Positions 41,156-52,264 of a stretch of DNA of 64,000 nt are shown one piece after another. Position 1 is the stretch's first letter. Each line of letters begins with the position of its first letter. Source of the stretch: Tetramitus jugosus. Lineage: Eukaryota > Protista > Heterolobosea. The notes under the pieces were generated by a model. It did not search any database. It saw only the letters and a list, made by a program, of their open reading frames with translations, and was not told the DNA's origin. The stretch spans positions 372,001 through 436,000 of the forward strand of contig OW569377.1 of assembly GCA_937625935.1 (NCBI GenBank). Direction: 5' to 3'. Position numbers and translations under genes: made by a program.

Positions 41156-41799
41156 AGTAGACACTGTATACACCCTAATGTGAATTTCGCTCTTGTGTGG
41201 GGTGAGGAATAGGAAAACGTGTTTGTTGGAGTCTTTTTGTCAAAAAAATGAACGAGCACAAAGCCCAATAGGCTTTGGCGAATGATCAGACTCTCTGTGT
41301 CGTCGAAAAGAATCTGGCGGGATTACATGCCTTATTTGTAATTTACAGCCAGAAAACGTGTCTAGGAATCCGAAAAATTGTCCGCAATCTACCCGAAGTT
41401 TACAACGAAGCGTTGACCTTTTGTAAACTTGAAGAAAAAATACAGTTAATTTTGTATGGAGAATACAACATACTTTTCAAATATAAAAGTGGTTGGTTCA
41501 ATAATTATTGCAAGAGTTCATGTTTTTATTGCTTAGACAAAATTGCATTCATGTGGCTCTCATCATTAATAACTTACAAGTGTGTTGTTCTTGGTTTGAC
41601 GACATTGTTGTTCAGCGAGTCGTCTTTCGCTGCGTTTGTTCAACTTGTCTGAACAGCTGATGTTGGAGTGGGTTTTCATGGATTGATGTTTCATTTGTAC
41701 AAGGGAGGACTAATTGGTGCGCGCCAGAATAAATCACCTAACCGTCAAATGCAAACGGCAAATAACCTACAGAGGGAGTGAAAGCAGACAATAGTCGCT

Positions 41800-42129
41800 T
41801 TAATCCTTCTTGGTGTTCTTCTTTGTAGCAGTTGTCTTCTTTTGCTTTGTGATTCTCTTGGTTGGATTGCTTTGTCTCTTCTCCAACACGTTGGCAGAGG
41901 TTCTTTGGACCTTCTTTGCCTTCCTTCCCAAGTTCAAGTCACGATAGTTGATTTCCTTTCTTGCACGAGGCTTGGAAACCATGTTTGCTTCCTTGATTTC
42001 AGCAGACTCAATCTTCTTTCCAGTGTCTCTTGGCTTGCTTCTTCTGTTGCTCCAGTGATCTTCAGAGAGTGGTTCAGCTGACTTCTTGGTCTCAGTCTTC
42101 TTGGTGGTGGTGCTCTTTGCTTTTGGCAT
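41800..42129 (-). CDS. Small Lys/Arg-rich basic protein (possible chromatin protein)
   Basis: 109 aa, strongly basic, ATG after an A-rich leader like other genes here. Confidence 0.6.
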   Translation of the reverse strand: MPKAKSTTTKKTETKKSAEPLSEDHWSNRRSKPRDTGKKIESAEIKEANMVSKPRARKEINYRDLNLGRKAKKVQRTSANVLEKRQSNPTKRITKQKKTTATKKNTKKD

Positions 42130-42786
42130 TGTTGTTATTTATTATTGGTCGGTTGATTGACGAGTCGTTTAGACGGTTTTAGTGTTCGTTTGTTGTTGTG
42201 GTTTGAAAGCTGGACGTGACAGACAGAAGAAAACTGGGGAACTTTAAGAGGGACCGGCCAAGGAAGAGCAACTGCTCAGAGATTGACTTCAACGATAAAA
42301 CGATAATCGAAAAAATGTTGGAGGATTTTGAAATTAATGGAATATTTTGGTTGACGAGGGTACCCCCTCTAAAAATTCTCTGGCGCCGCTATGCATTTTT
42401 ACTTTTTCACTTCTTGATCTTTCAAGTCCTCCCCTGTGTCTCTCTGAACAGCACATTTCAACCCCTTGCAGCAAACGACCATTCATATTAATAACATGAA
42501 GCTACAATGTTGATTCAACGACCAGAACTTTTCACAAACACCACCTTGCAGTGAAAAAATATGCAGCGACAACGACTCTTCTTGTCGCCTGTCATCGATT
42601 TTCCGAACATGTCACTTGAGATGACGAAAGAGGATCCTCACTTCACCAAACTGTTTTGTCTAAAACACAAAGTGTTCACATACCCATCGGTAAACAGCAA
42701 CAAACCACCTCGTTATCGCACAAACTTATCCACACAAGCGCACTTCTCACATAAAATAATTATTCATCTCAGAACCGTCAACAAAA

Positions 42787-45393
42787 ATGAGTAACAACAA
42801 TAACATGAGCGCTCATGACTCACCAACACCCAACAGTACTGGTCATGCGAACAGCAACAACAACAACAATAATAATAATAGCTTTGCTAGGAGAATGACC
42901 AACTGGGTGTCCACCAGTTTGAAAAAGGGTCAATTTTCGCAGGCCAAAATGGAGCGCGAAAATTTTTCCAACCAACACCCTCATCATCATCATCCTCACA
43001 GCAGCAATGACTATGCTACGACATCTCCACGAGCACACAACCCAACCTTGTCCAACAATGAATCGACCAACAACAACAATAATAATAGCAGCAATAGCAA
43101 CAACTCTCTCAAACCAAGCATGATTGTAGGAGAATATTTTATTCAAATGAACAGAGAACATGATTTGATGCAGAGGTATTACACGGAGACGGATAAGCGA
43201 ATCTCACGAATGAAGAAACACTCAGAGTCACTCCAAAAGGAAGAACAATTGCTAGGTAGTGCCATGGTTGATTTTGCAACCTATATGCAAACCAATGTTG
43301 AATTTGCGTCCGTTTGCAAAAAATTTGGTTCCAATTTTCAGAGCATGGCCGCACTGAGACAACAGACACAACAAGTGTCCATGGACTACTTGTCAGTCAC
43401 TCAGAAACTACAGAGAGAAGACAAGGAAGTGGGTAAGCTAAAGCAAAAGTATGATGAAATGAAGAAGCAATACATGGATTTTCACTTGGTTTTGCCTTCT
43501 TTACTAGGATTTGAAACTGCATCATCATCATCATCTACAGCTACATCTACCACAGCTTCAACAAACACAACTGCAGCTACAGCTACAGCTACAACAACAT
43601 CTAGTTCATCATCAACAACATTATCCTCTAGTCAAGAATCAACAACAACAACACCATTAGTGTCATCTCAAGCATCTGCTTCATCGAGCAACAATCATGT
43701 CAATTTACATCAACACAGTAGCACAGTGTCGCATCAACAACACGTGTCGCAAATTTTGAGTCGCATGGACCTCAATGCCAAAAAGGAATATTTGAGTAAG
43801 CTTGAAAAATTACAAGGTGATTTTTTCCAAGTCGCCAAAAATTTGAATGTGAGCTACTCGGATTTGTACAATGAGCTAGAGTATCAAATCAGGAGAAGAG
43901 ATATCGTGTATTATGAGTCATTTAGATCTCTCATGTACGCTTATTCCTGTTACTTTGAAACTGGTAATCAACTGTTTCAGCAATTGGAGGGCATCTGTAG
44001 GCCAAAGGTGTTGTCTGAAGAAGAAACCATGAGCACGTCTCTCAGAGAAGAGGCAAGTGCCATGGAACGAGGAACCATTCTGGATAGAAGTTTGTTGAGT
44101 AAGATTGATGGCTCAGCGAACAGCAACAGAGACAAGGAAGGTTTCTCTGATGCCACACTCGGACGCTCTCAATTCCAAAAGGTGAGCAAATTGAATGCTC
44201 GTCGAAAGATTGTCGACATTCCACCCACTGTTTTCCCTTCAATTTTGGGAAAGGACAAGTTGTTTGGCATGGAGTTGAGCAGAATCATGATTGCCGATCC
44301 AATAAGACAGAAACGTGTGCTACCAAAGCCCATTCAGCAAATGTTTGCTCTGTTGAGTGATGTGGGTGTCAAATCTGAGGGTATTTTCAGAATTCCTGGC
44401 GATACAAACTACATGGAAACACTCAGAGACACGTTGGAGAGTGGAAATGAGATTTCTGACTTGTCAAAGCCCTATCTCATCCATTCTGTCTCTGGTCTAT
44501 TCAAGCAATTCTTTAGAGATTTGCCAGAGCCTCTCATGACATTTGATTCGTTTGATACTATTGTTCCTCTAGGAGCGGTGAATGCCAAGAAGTCTGATGA
44601 GGAAATTGTTGCTGTGATTACCGATTTTCTAACAAAGATCCCACAGGACAATTACGAAGTTCTCTATCAGTTATGCAAGCTCCTGTCACGAGTTCATGAT
44701 CATCGCGATATTAGCAAGATGGCTGCATCGAATGTTGGTGTCGTCTTTGGTATGAATCTGTTCAGACCAAAGGTTGATGATCCAGTGAAGGTTGCAACCA
44801 ATATCAGTAACATGAATCGTGTTACAACTGTCATGGTTTCTCACTTTGCCACCATTTTTAGTCAAAGATTGGAAGAGGACCAAGAGTGGGAAAGAATCGA
44901 GCAGGAGGAGAAGGAAAAACAACGACAACAGCAAGAATTAGAACAAGCTGCAGTTTCATCTGATGTTGATCAACATTTGGAGGAGTCGTCAGAGATTGAA
45001 ACTCAACAAGAAAACGCCAATGATCAATCACAAACAGCACTATTAGGAACACAATCAGACAAACCTATTGTGTCAGATAATGTAACGGTTGTACATAGTC
45101 CTAACGTTACAAATGACGACAATCCATCATCCGTAGATCCTGTTGTTGAACTGTTTAATGATTCAAACGAATCATTACCAATTAAACAACAACGAGAAAG
45201 GCCGAAGAAGAAGGTAACAATTGCACAAAGCAGTGGCGATGATGATCCGTTTGAGATGTCGCAGTTGGAAGCTGTTTTGGCCCCAAGTCTCATTGCCAAT
45301 GTGGAACACTTGAAAGCTCACGACACATACTCTTTGAGAAGAATATCTCATCGACACAACAATGCAAGACATGCACGTGGTAACGAAGATTAA
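42787..45393 (+). CDS. BAR-like coiled coil plus RhoGAP protein
   Basis: LFGMEL, EGIFRIPG (Arg finger), FKQFFRDLPEPL, SKMAASNVGVVFGMNL. Confidence 0.9.
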   Translation: MSNNNNMSAHDSPTPNSTGHANSNNNNNNNNSFARRMTNWVSTSLKKGQFSQAKMERENFSNQHPHHHHPHSSNDYATTSPRAHNPTLSNNESTNNNNNNSSNSNNSLKPSMIVGEYFIQMNREHDLMQRYYTETDKRISRMKKHSESLQKEEQLLGSAMVDFATYMQTNVEFASVCKKFGSNFQSMAALRQQTQQVSMDYLSVTQKLQREDKEVGKLKQKYDEMKKQYMDFHLVLPSLLGFETASSSSSTATSTTASTNTTAATATATTTSSSSSTTLSSSQESTTTTPLVSSQASASSSNNHVNLHQHSSTVSHQQHVSQILSRMDLNAKKEYLSKLEKLQGDFFQVAKNLNVSYSDLYNELEYQIRRRDIVYYESFRSLMYAYSCYFETGNQLFQQLEGICRPKVLSEEETMSTSLREEASAMERGTILDRSLLSKIDGSANSNRDKEGFSDATLGRSQFQKVSKLNARRKIVDIPPTVFPSILGKDKLFGMELSRIMIADPIRQKRVLPKPIQQMFALLSDVGVKSEGIFRIPGDTNYMETLRDTLESGNEISDLSKPYLIHSVSGLFKQFFRDLPEPLMTFDSFDTIVPLGAVNAKKSDEEIVAVITDFLTKIPQDNYEVLYQLCKLLSRVHDHRDISKMAASNVGVVFGMNLFRPKVDDPVKVATNISNMNRVTTVMVSHFATIFSQRLEEDQEWERIEQEEKEKQRQQQELEQAAVSSDVDQHLEESSEIETQQENANDQSQTALLGTQSDKPIVSDNVTVVHSPNVTNDDNPSSVDPVVELFNDSNESLPIKQQRERPKKKVTIAQSSGDDDPFEMSQLEAVLAPSLIANVEHLKAHDTYSLRRISHRHNNARHARGNED

Positions 45394-45747
45394 ACAACTT
45401 TTTCCTTCACACATGCATTGTAAATCTTATCTGACAGCCTAAAACACCGATTCTGATTGGATCAAAATTGCGCCATTTTTATCTCCAATCAATTTCATGA
45501 TACCGGACACTTACGGACTCTATGTCATCACGTCTTGACCTAGGTGACCAATTACTCCTGCTTCCATTCGATTGCCCACGTTGGGTGGAGACACGCTGGC
45601 TTGGTGGAGCTTCACACAGTGTTCATGTGAAAAAACCAAAAAGCCTAACGTTCTCTCAATCCAACTCTTTGTTCAAAAAGCTAACAATACACATAACAAC
45701 AAAAAAAGAAAGAACACCAACACAAATCCATTTATTATTAAAAAAAA

Positions 45748-47106
45748 ATGTTGAAGAGGATTTCTGCTTCTTGTGTCAAACAATCCATCGCTCTCACACA
45801 ACAACAACAAAAGCTTTCCTTGGTCAGAGCTTACTCTTCCGTCGGCAAGGGACCTTATGGCGAATTTTATGTAAGTGTGTCAAAGCATGATGTTCTCTTG
45901 TTTTTTCTCGCGCCCATTTTTTGTTTACGCCACACACGTTAGCTCACACGCATCTTTCTTACTCTATCCAACCAACAAATAACAACAACAACACTACAAT
46001 AGCATGAACAATTGACAATTGAAAAAACCAATACTCACAAGGAGAAACCACAACCAGAGACACTGGTATTTGGCAAGACATTTACTGATCACATGCTCGA
46101 AGTAGAATGGACTGAACAACAAGGCTGGTCCAAACCAAAGATTGTTCCCTATCATAAGCTTGAACTCCACCCAAGTTGCAGTTCACTTCACTATGCCATC
46201 CAATGCTTTGAAGGAATGAAAGCTTACAAGAGTGATGATGGAAAAGATTGTTACTTGTTCCGTCCTGATATGAATGCAGCTCGATTGAACAAGTCTTGTG
46301 CTCGTCTCGGATTGCCCAACTTTAACAATGAAGAATTCATAAAGTGTTTGGCCAGTTTGGTCGAATTGGAGCGTGATTGGGTGCCTGAAAAGTTTGGTTA
46401 CAGTCTGTACATTCGCCCTACAGTGATTAGCACTGAAGAGACATTGGGTGTGTTGCCACCAAAGAGTGCACTCTTGTATGTCATCATGTCTCCTGTTGGA
46501 CCATACTTTAGAACTGGATTCAAGCCTGTAAAGCTGTTGGCCGAACCAAAGTACGTGAGAGCGTTCCAAGGTGGCACAGGAAGTGTCAAATTGGGTGCCA
46601 ATTATGGTCCAACCATTTTGCCTCAGATTGAAGCAGCAGACAAGGGATACAGTCAAGTGTTGTGGCTGTATGGCGACAATCACGAAGTGACTGAAGTTGG
46701 AACCATGAACGTCTTTTTCTATTGGATCAATGAGAAGGGCGAAGAAGAATTGGTGACTCCACCATTGGTCGATATTGTGTTGCCTGGTGTGACACGTGAC
46801 ACGATTATTAACATTACTAGAAACGAGTGGGGAATGAAGGTGAGTGAAAAGACTGTGACCATGAAGGAAGTGGTCAAGGCGATTGAAGAAGGAAGAATGA
46901 TGGAGTCGTTTGGTGCGGGAACTGCCTGTGTCGTGGCACCCATCAGTGGCATCAGTTTCAAGGAAACAGAGTACACTATTCCTGCTCCTGCCAAGGAAGA
47001 AGGAAGCTTGGCTCACAAGCTGTTTGATCACATGCTCAACATTCAGTATGGTAAGATTGAGTCCAAGTACCGTTGGTCCGTCAACGATCTCGTGTCAAAA
47101 CAGTAA
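45748..47106 (+). CDS. BCAT: Branched-chain amino acid aminotransferase, mitochondrial (intron 45871-46002)
   Basis: FGKTFTDHML, CFEGMKAY, KLGANYG, EVGTMN, LPGVTR; presequence exon spliced in frame. Confidence 0.95.
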
Positions 47107-47197
47107 AGAAAACGCATCGATTTTGGGATATTTACTGCTGAGTGAGTTTCATGGTTTTGTTATGTGATTTGATTTCGTTTGCTTGTCAACTTGTTTG

Positions 47198-47953
47198 TTA
47201 CAAGAGTGATTCTCGCACCAAGTCCTCCAACTTTGTTGTCTGACTTTCTCGGTAATTGACTTTGAGTTCATCTAGCTTCTTGAGCAATTGTTGTTTGACT
47301 TGTTCGGGCATCAGTGTTTCAATTTCAATCTCGTACTTTGTTCCAAAGGTATACACTGTCTCATCCAACTCAATCTTCACTGGTAGGTCCATGCATTGTG
47401 AGGGATCATTTTCATCTGTTGGGCATACACAATCCCAATTGTAAACTTTCCTCAATGTTTTGTATCCACCAAGACACTTGAGACTCGATAAATGATACTT
47501 GGCTTTGATATCATTCACCAAATTGGTGTCCCATTCGAGCAAGCTATTGGGATCAGAAACTGCTCGATGAGCCATGTCGATATCCTTGATGATTTCTTCC
47601 GTCTAGTTCATTGAACAGAAAACAAAAGGAATTGTAAAATTTCAATAATCCCAAAACAAATCACGCATTCGACTTCATACCTCCTGGGCTGTACTGATAC
47701 CATGTTCGAGTTCTACTCCAGCTTTGTGAGTCAACGAAGCAGCTTCAGACTCACCGTGAGCGCCAATCAGAAATCGTATTCTCATTCCTGCTCTATTCTT
47801 AGCCAGTTCGTTGTTTGGACCATCAAAGAACCAATCGTGTTGGTGGATGATTGCTTGTGGTTCCTGCAACCACGCAGCCACATGTTCGTAATCTGATCTT
47901 CTATGGAGTTGGATCTTGATCTCAATCTCCTTGTGTTCGTGAGGAATACGCAT
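47198..47953 (-). CDS. CYTH-domain triphosphate tunnel metalloenzyme (intron 47603-47680)
   Basis: EIEIK N-terminal motif, MRIR, LDET, YEIEIE; GT..AG intron restores frame. Confidence 0.85.
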
Positions 47954-48075
47954 CCTTATGGATCAACTAGAGCTCTCTGTTGTTTCTTTTTCAACTTTTT
48001 TGATTGTTCCAGATCTCTGGTGAAGCTTGTAAAGTAAATATTTTTGTTTTAAGTTTGAGGGGCAGTGCTGTTTGT

Positions 48076-51000
48076 TTATTCGCACTTGCTATAGTTTTGT
48101 TGTTGCTCCTGCTGCATTCGAGCAATTTCCAACAATTGTGAATCGTCAAAGAACTTGTTGACACTAACATCTTCACTCAATCCCTTACGACGTCTGGTTT
48201 TCACGAGGAATTCACGTGCCAAGTACTGTGGAGGACTAGGTTCCAATGGTCGAAGAACAATGTCCTTGTCTAGTGGATCACCAGGCACTGTACTCCAATG
48301 ACTGAACACACTGAGGCAGAATGCTTGTCCTTGGGTGTGACTTCGAATGTCTGTTTCGAGACCAAATGAGTCAATTACAGGTACAAATGCTCTGATGATA
48401 AATAATGGAGTGCCAGGCTTTGGTACATCTTGAACAATGTTGCCTCTTCTGCGCTCCAATACCTTTGTGATGGCACTAATGGCATCCAGTGGACAAATGA
48501 CCTGTACTTCGTACACTGGTTCCATGAGTCTCGGTGTGGCCATCAGGAAACTGCTGTACACGACACGTCTGGCTGCAGGAATGATTTGTCCTCCTCCTCT
48601 GAACAGTGGCTTGTCAGAGATATCAGCGTTCAATAACCGGAACTTGCAGTTTCGAATAGGTTCGTCACACAGTGGTCCTTCACGCGTTCCCCAGTTGAAT
48701 CCCTGGACGATAGAGTCGCGCACAGTGCTTAGGAGCTGTGGATTGACCTCGTGTGGGAATGTTTCATTCAGGAGCGCATTTGGTCCATTGTCTCCTGGAC
48801 CAAAGGCCCACAGAGAATTAACTGCAAGTCCATCCCATCCATATCGATCCTGGAAGAACTTGTTCTTGGTTGCTCTGTCCCATTGATGAAGTTTGATCCG
48901 GTTTGATTCAATGTCGTCAGCCATGTTCTTGTCTAGTTGTTCACAGATCATTGTCAACTTGTTTTGCTTGTTTGCTGTTTCGGCATAGCATTGTATGCTT
49001 GATGCTTCGGCAACTGTTTCGCACAGTGATACTACGGGATCAGCAATCTTTATCTCGATATCACCATACATTTTTCTGAGATCGTGCATGGCAGCATCCA
49101 AGTATAATTCGCCTGTTCCGAGAACAATGTGCTCTCCGCTCTCTTCTACCTTTGTTGTTAGAAGAGGATATGATTTGCTAATTTTTCTAAGACCTTCAAT
49201 CATCTTTGGAAGGTCACTTGGATTCAATGGTTCCACAGCAATCTTAATCACAGACTTTGTGTTAAAAGTCAATGGTCTAAAGATGTGAGGAGAACGATTC
49301 GTAGTGCTTGTGATAGTTGCAGTCTTGAGAATTGAATCATCAACTCCTTCGAGAAGCACCCAAGAACCAGCAGAAGCCTTGTTCAACTCTATTCTGTATC
49401 GACCATTATACACGTACAGAGAGGTGACATCTGCATCTGTCATCTCTTCTTCGTCATTCTCTGTAAATGTTTCGAACAGTACACGGACCGTGCTTCCCTT
49501 CTTCACCGTACCACTCATTATTCGACCGAATGCATCGAATCGAGAGCAGTCTGGCTTATGGTACAACTTTGTGATGTAAATCATGAGAGTTCCATGTGGA
49601 TCACAAGCAATCATTTCTTTTGCTACTTCACTGTCTTGTGGTCCCGTGTAGCAGTGTTGTACTTTTACAGCATTGCCTCCTCTGTTTGGAGCAGGTATGA
49701 ATTGAGATACCATGTCAACAAATCCCTTTGGATGTGCTGAGAAGAATGAGTTAAATATGTGTTGAATCAGAGGTTTCGTATCAAACATCAAATGTCGTTT
49801 TCTGAGACGAACACCAACATGGCGCATCGACTCTGCCAACTCCTCGTCTGTTGCCGATCCCAATATATGACTATATATCTTGTAAAGTGGTTCGAGAACA
49901 AACTCTACAAATGATCGCCTTGGATTCGTATCACCTGATGCAGGCTTCTTGAAAAATCTTCGAGATGATGCATGATAAAACACATCACCCCACAATCTCT
50001 TTGCAAATCGTAAGTGATCCATTCCTATATCTGAATAATCGGCATAAATCTTGGCAAAGGATGCTAGATTGAAGCACCATCCATTGGTAGAACTTGCGAA
50101 ACAAACATTTCCTTCCTGAGGAATCATATACTGCGGCGTTTCACCTGACAACGTATGCTTCTCAATCAAATTATTAACGTCTGCCAGCGTGTGCTTCAAT
50201 TTATAGTATGCATCATTTGGTGGTAACTTGAGTTCGAGTATCAACCGATCAACCTTGTTAATCAATAGCACCATGGGTAATCTCTCCTGTATCGCGTGTT
50301 GAATGATGCGCTCTGTTTGAACCATGACACCTTCTAATGCATCTACAACCAACACAACACCATCAGAGATACGGAAAGCAGCAGTAACTTCGTCTGAAAA
50401 GTTGACATGACCCGGCGTGTCCATCACATTCACCAAAAAGTGCTTATCTCTCGTGTCATGCAATAACAGTGACATGGGAGTGGATTTAATCGAGAGTGCT
50501 CGTTGTTGTTCATCGATCCTAGTGTCCGTGTAACGCATCGGTTGATCCAAATGAACTCCTTCATAGTGAGTGTGCGTCGATTGAACAAGCATGTCCATAA
50601 ACGATGTTTTTCCATGTGATAAATGACCTGCAATAGCAACATTTCTGACCAAACTCGGATGATCCATCATTTCAATCATGTATTGCTTGGTGTACTTTGT
50701 TTGTGGAATTTCGGGCTCCAACAAGTCCCATTTCGTGATTTTTACAGGTTGAATAATCGGTTGTTCAATTGGTTGAGTGTCCTCATCTTCTACCAGTGTT
50801 TCCACGCCTTCACCATACACATCTTCTGCCTATTATTATCATTGTGATCACAACAAGCAACAACAATAACAAAAAAAAAAGTAAAAAAAAAAAGAAGCAA
50901 AAATTCGAACAAAAAACATTTGTAAGTCAACTTGGATATCCATAAATTCTACTCTTGAGAAAAAGTACTTACCGATGGATAATACTGCTTGTCTTCATGC

Positions 51001-51308
51001 AACACAATGGAAGATGGTTGACTAATGGGTTCACTTGTTCGATACAGTTGCATCACACCTCCATTTTCTTCATCATTTTCATTCTCATATAAGCTTTCTT
51101 CAATGATGGGAGCTTCATCATCGTCGACATCATCACCATCTTCTTCTTCATCATGATGGTGACGATGACGACGAGTTTGATGAAAAGCTTCATCTTCATC
51201 TTGCATCATTTCTTCATCGTCTTCTTGTTCATTTTCACTTTCACTTTCTTCGAGCTCTGGACCAATGTAGTTTCCAAATTCATCATATAGTGGTTGATCA
51301 CCATCCAT
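48076..51308 (-). CDS. EFTUD2: U5 snRNP 116 kDa GTPase Snu114 (intron 50830-50972)
   Basis: LYDEFGNYIGPE N-terminus, GHLSHGKT, DTPGHVNF, NKVD, KTRRRKGLSED. Confidence 0.97.
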
Positions 51309-51509
51309 TTTTCTTGTATTGATCAGATGTGTTTGGTGTTTGGGTTGGTGTGGTGTTGGTAAAATTGAAATTTGTTGTTTGGTGTGAGATCGATTTTCTT
51401 TGGACTGTTTTTTGTTGATGAAGTGTGCATGTGAAACGATGAACTTTGCGGAGAAATTAAGCAGTGGAACAACAATCCATCCATCTGGACATATTATCCA
51501 CATTTCCGT

Positions 51510-52070
51510 CAATATGACAGTCCAATTACCAAGGCAATTGCTGAAGATCTGACAGATCTATTCTCATCGATGAATGATCTTCATGATGTGTCAACCAATT
51601 CACAGTTGCACCGACAGGATATAGTTGGACGAAGTGAAAAATACATATTCCAGATGTTATGAGGAGCTTGTGCAAAAATATGGAGCCAACTTGAAGAGAG
51701 AACCATTAATGAGTACAAGGGATACAAGTTTAACCCTAACACTTCAGAAGAACTTTTGAATCCTTGGGATATGAACTCACTGATGTTTAAGACCAGATTT
51801 GAAACTACTGGGCGGCATGAGGCAGGCCCAAGCACCTCTGGACGTTGTTCGATCCAACGAGGCACTCCATTCTTGAAGTGCTTGAACCGCAAGTAGAAGT
51901 TAACAAATTTACTCAGACAATCGGTTTGGATCTGCAAAAAGAGTTGATACAGCCTTCAATACTAAGGCTTACAACTCTTGAATGCAAAAGGAGAAGGAGT
52001 CCACAAGTGACAGATGTGAAATGCTCAGGCATTACCGGAGAATTTGATAATAAAAACCAATCTGACAGAA
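51510..52070 (+). pseudogene. Decayed AAA-ATPase-like (PF09820-type) gene fragment
   Basis: YDSPI, DLFSSMNDLHDVS, EYKGYKF...NPW, and frameshifted FE/YW motifs in the expected order. Confidence 0.55.
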
Positions 52071-52264
52071 GAAGCCGAAAAAAAGCAAAAAGTGCAATCT
52101 GTGTTCGCGTATCTTTCTCTCCTCCTTCCACCACTTTCACGAATCACCTCGCAGCACACTTGATTTGACCATCAAAAAAAAATCAGCTGTACATACTCAT
52201 CATCATCCAACCACACCACCTATAATTTATTTTTTTTAACAAGAAGAACAGCAAGTACACATCA

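Noticed and set aside
41275-41652. 125-aa ORF with non-ATG start
   Set aside because: No recognisable motif; lies in an intergenic region upstream of the CLC gene
33621-43700. AAC/CAT/TCA microsatellite tracts
   Set aside because: They encode ordinary poly-Asn/His/Ser/Thr tracts inside ORFs
46183-47031. Long antisense ORFs (also 14315..14899, 57957..58673, 62203..62982)
   Set aside because: Shadows of well-supported genes on the opposite strand
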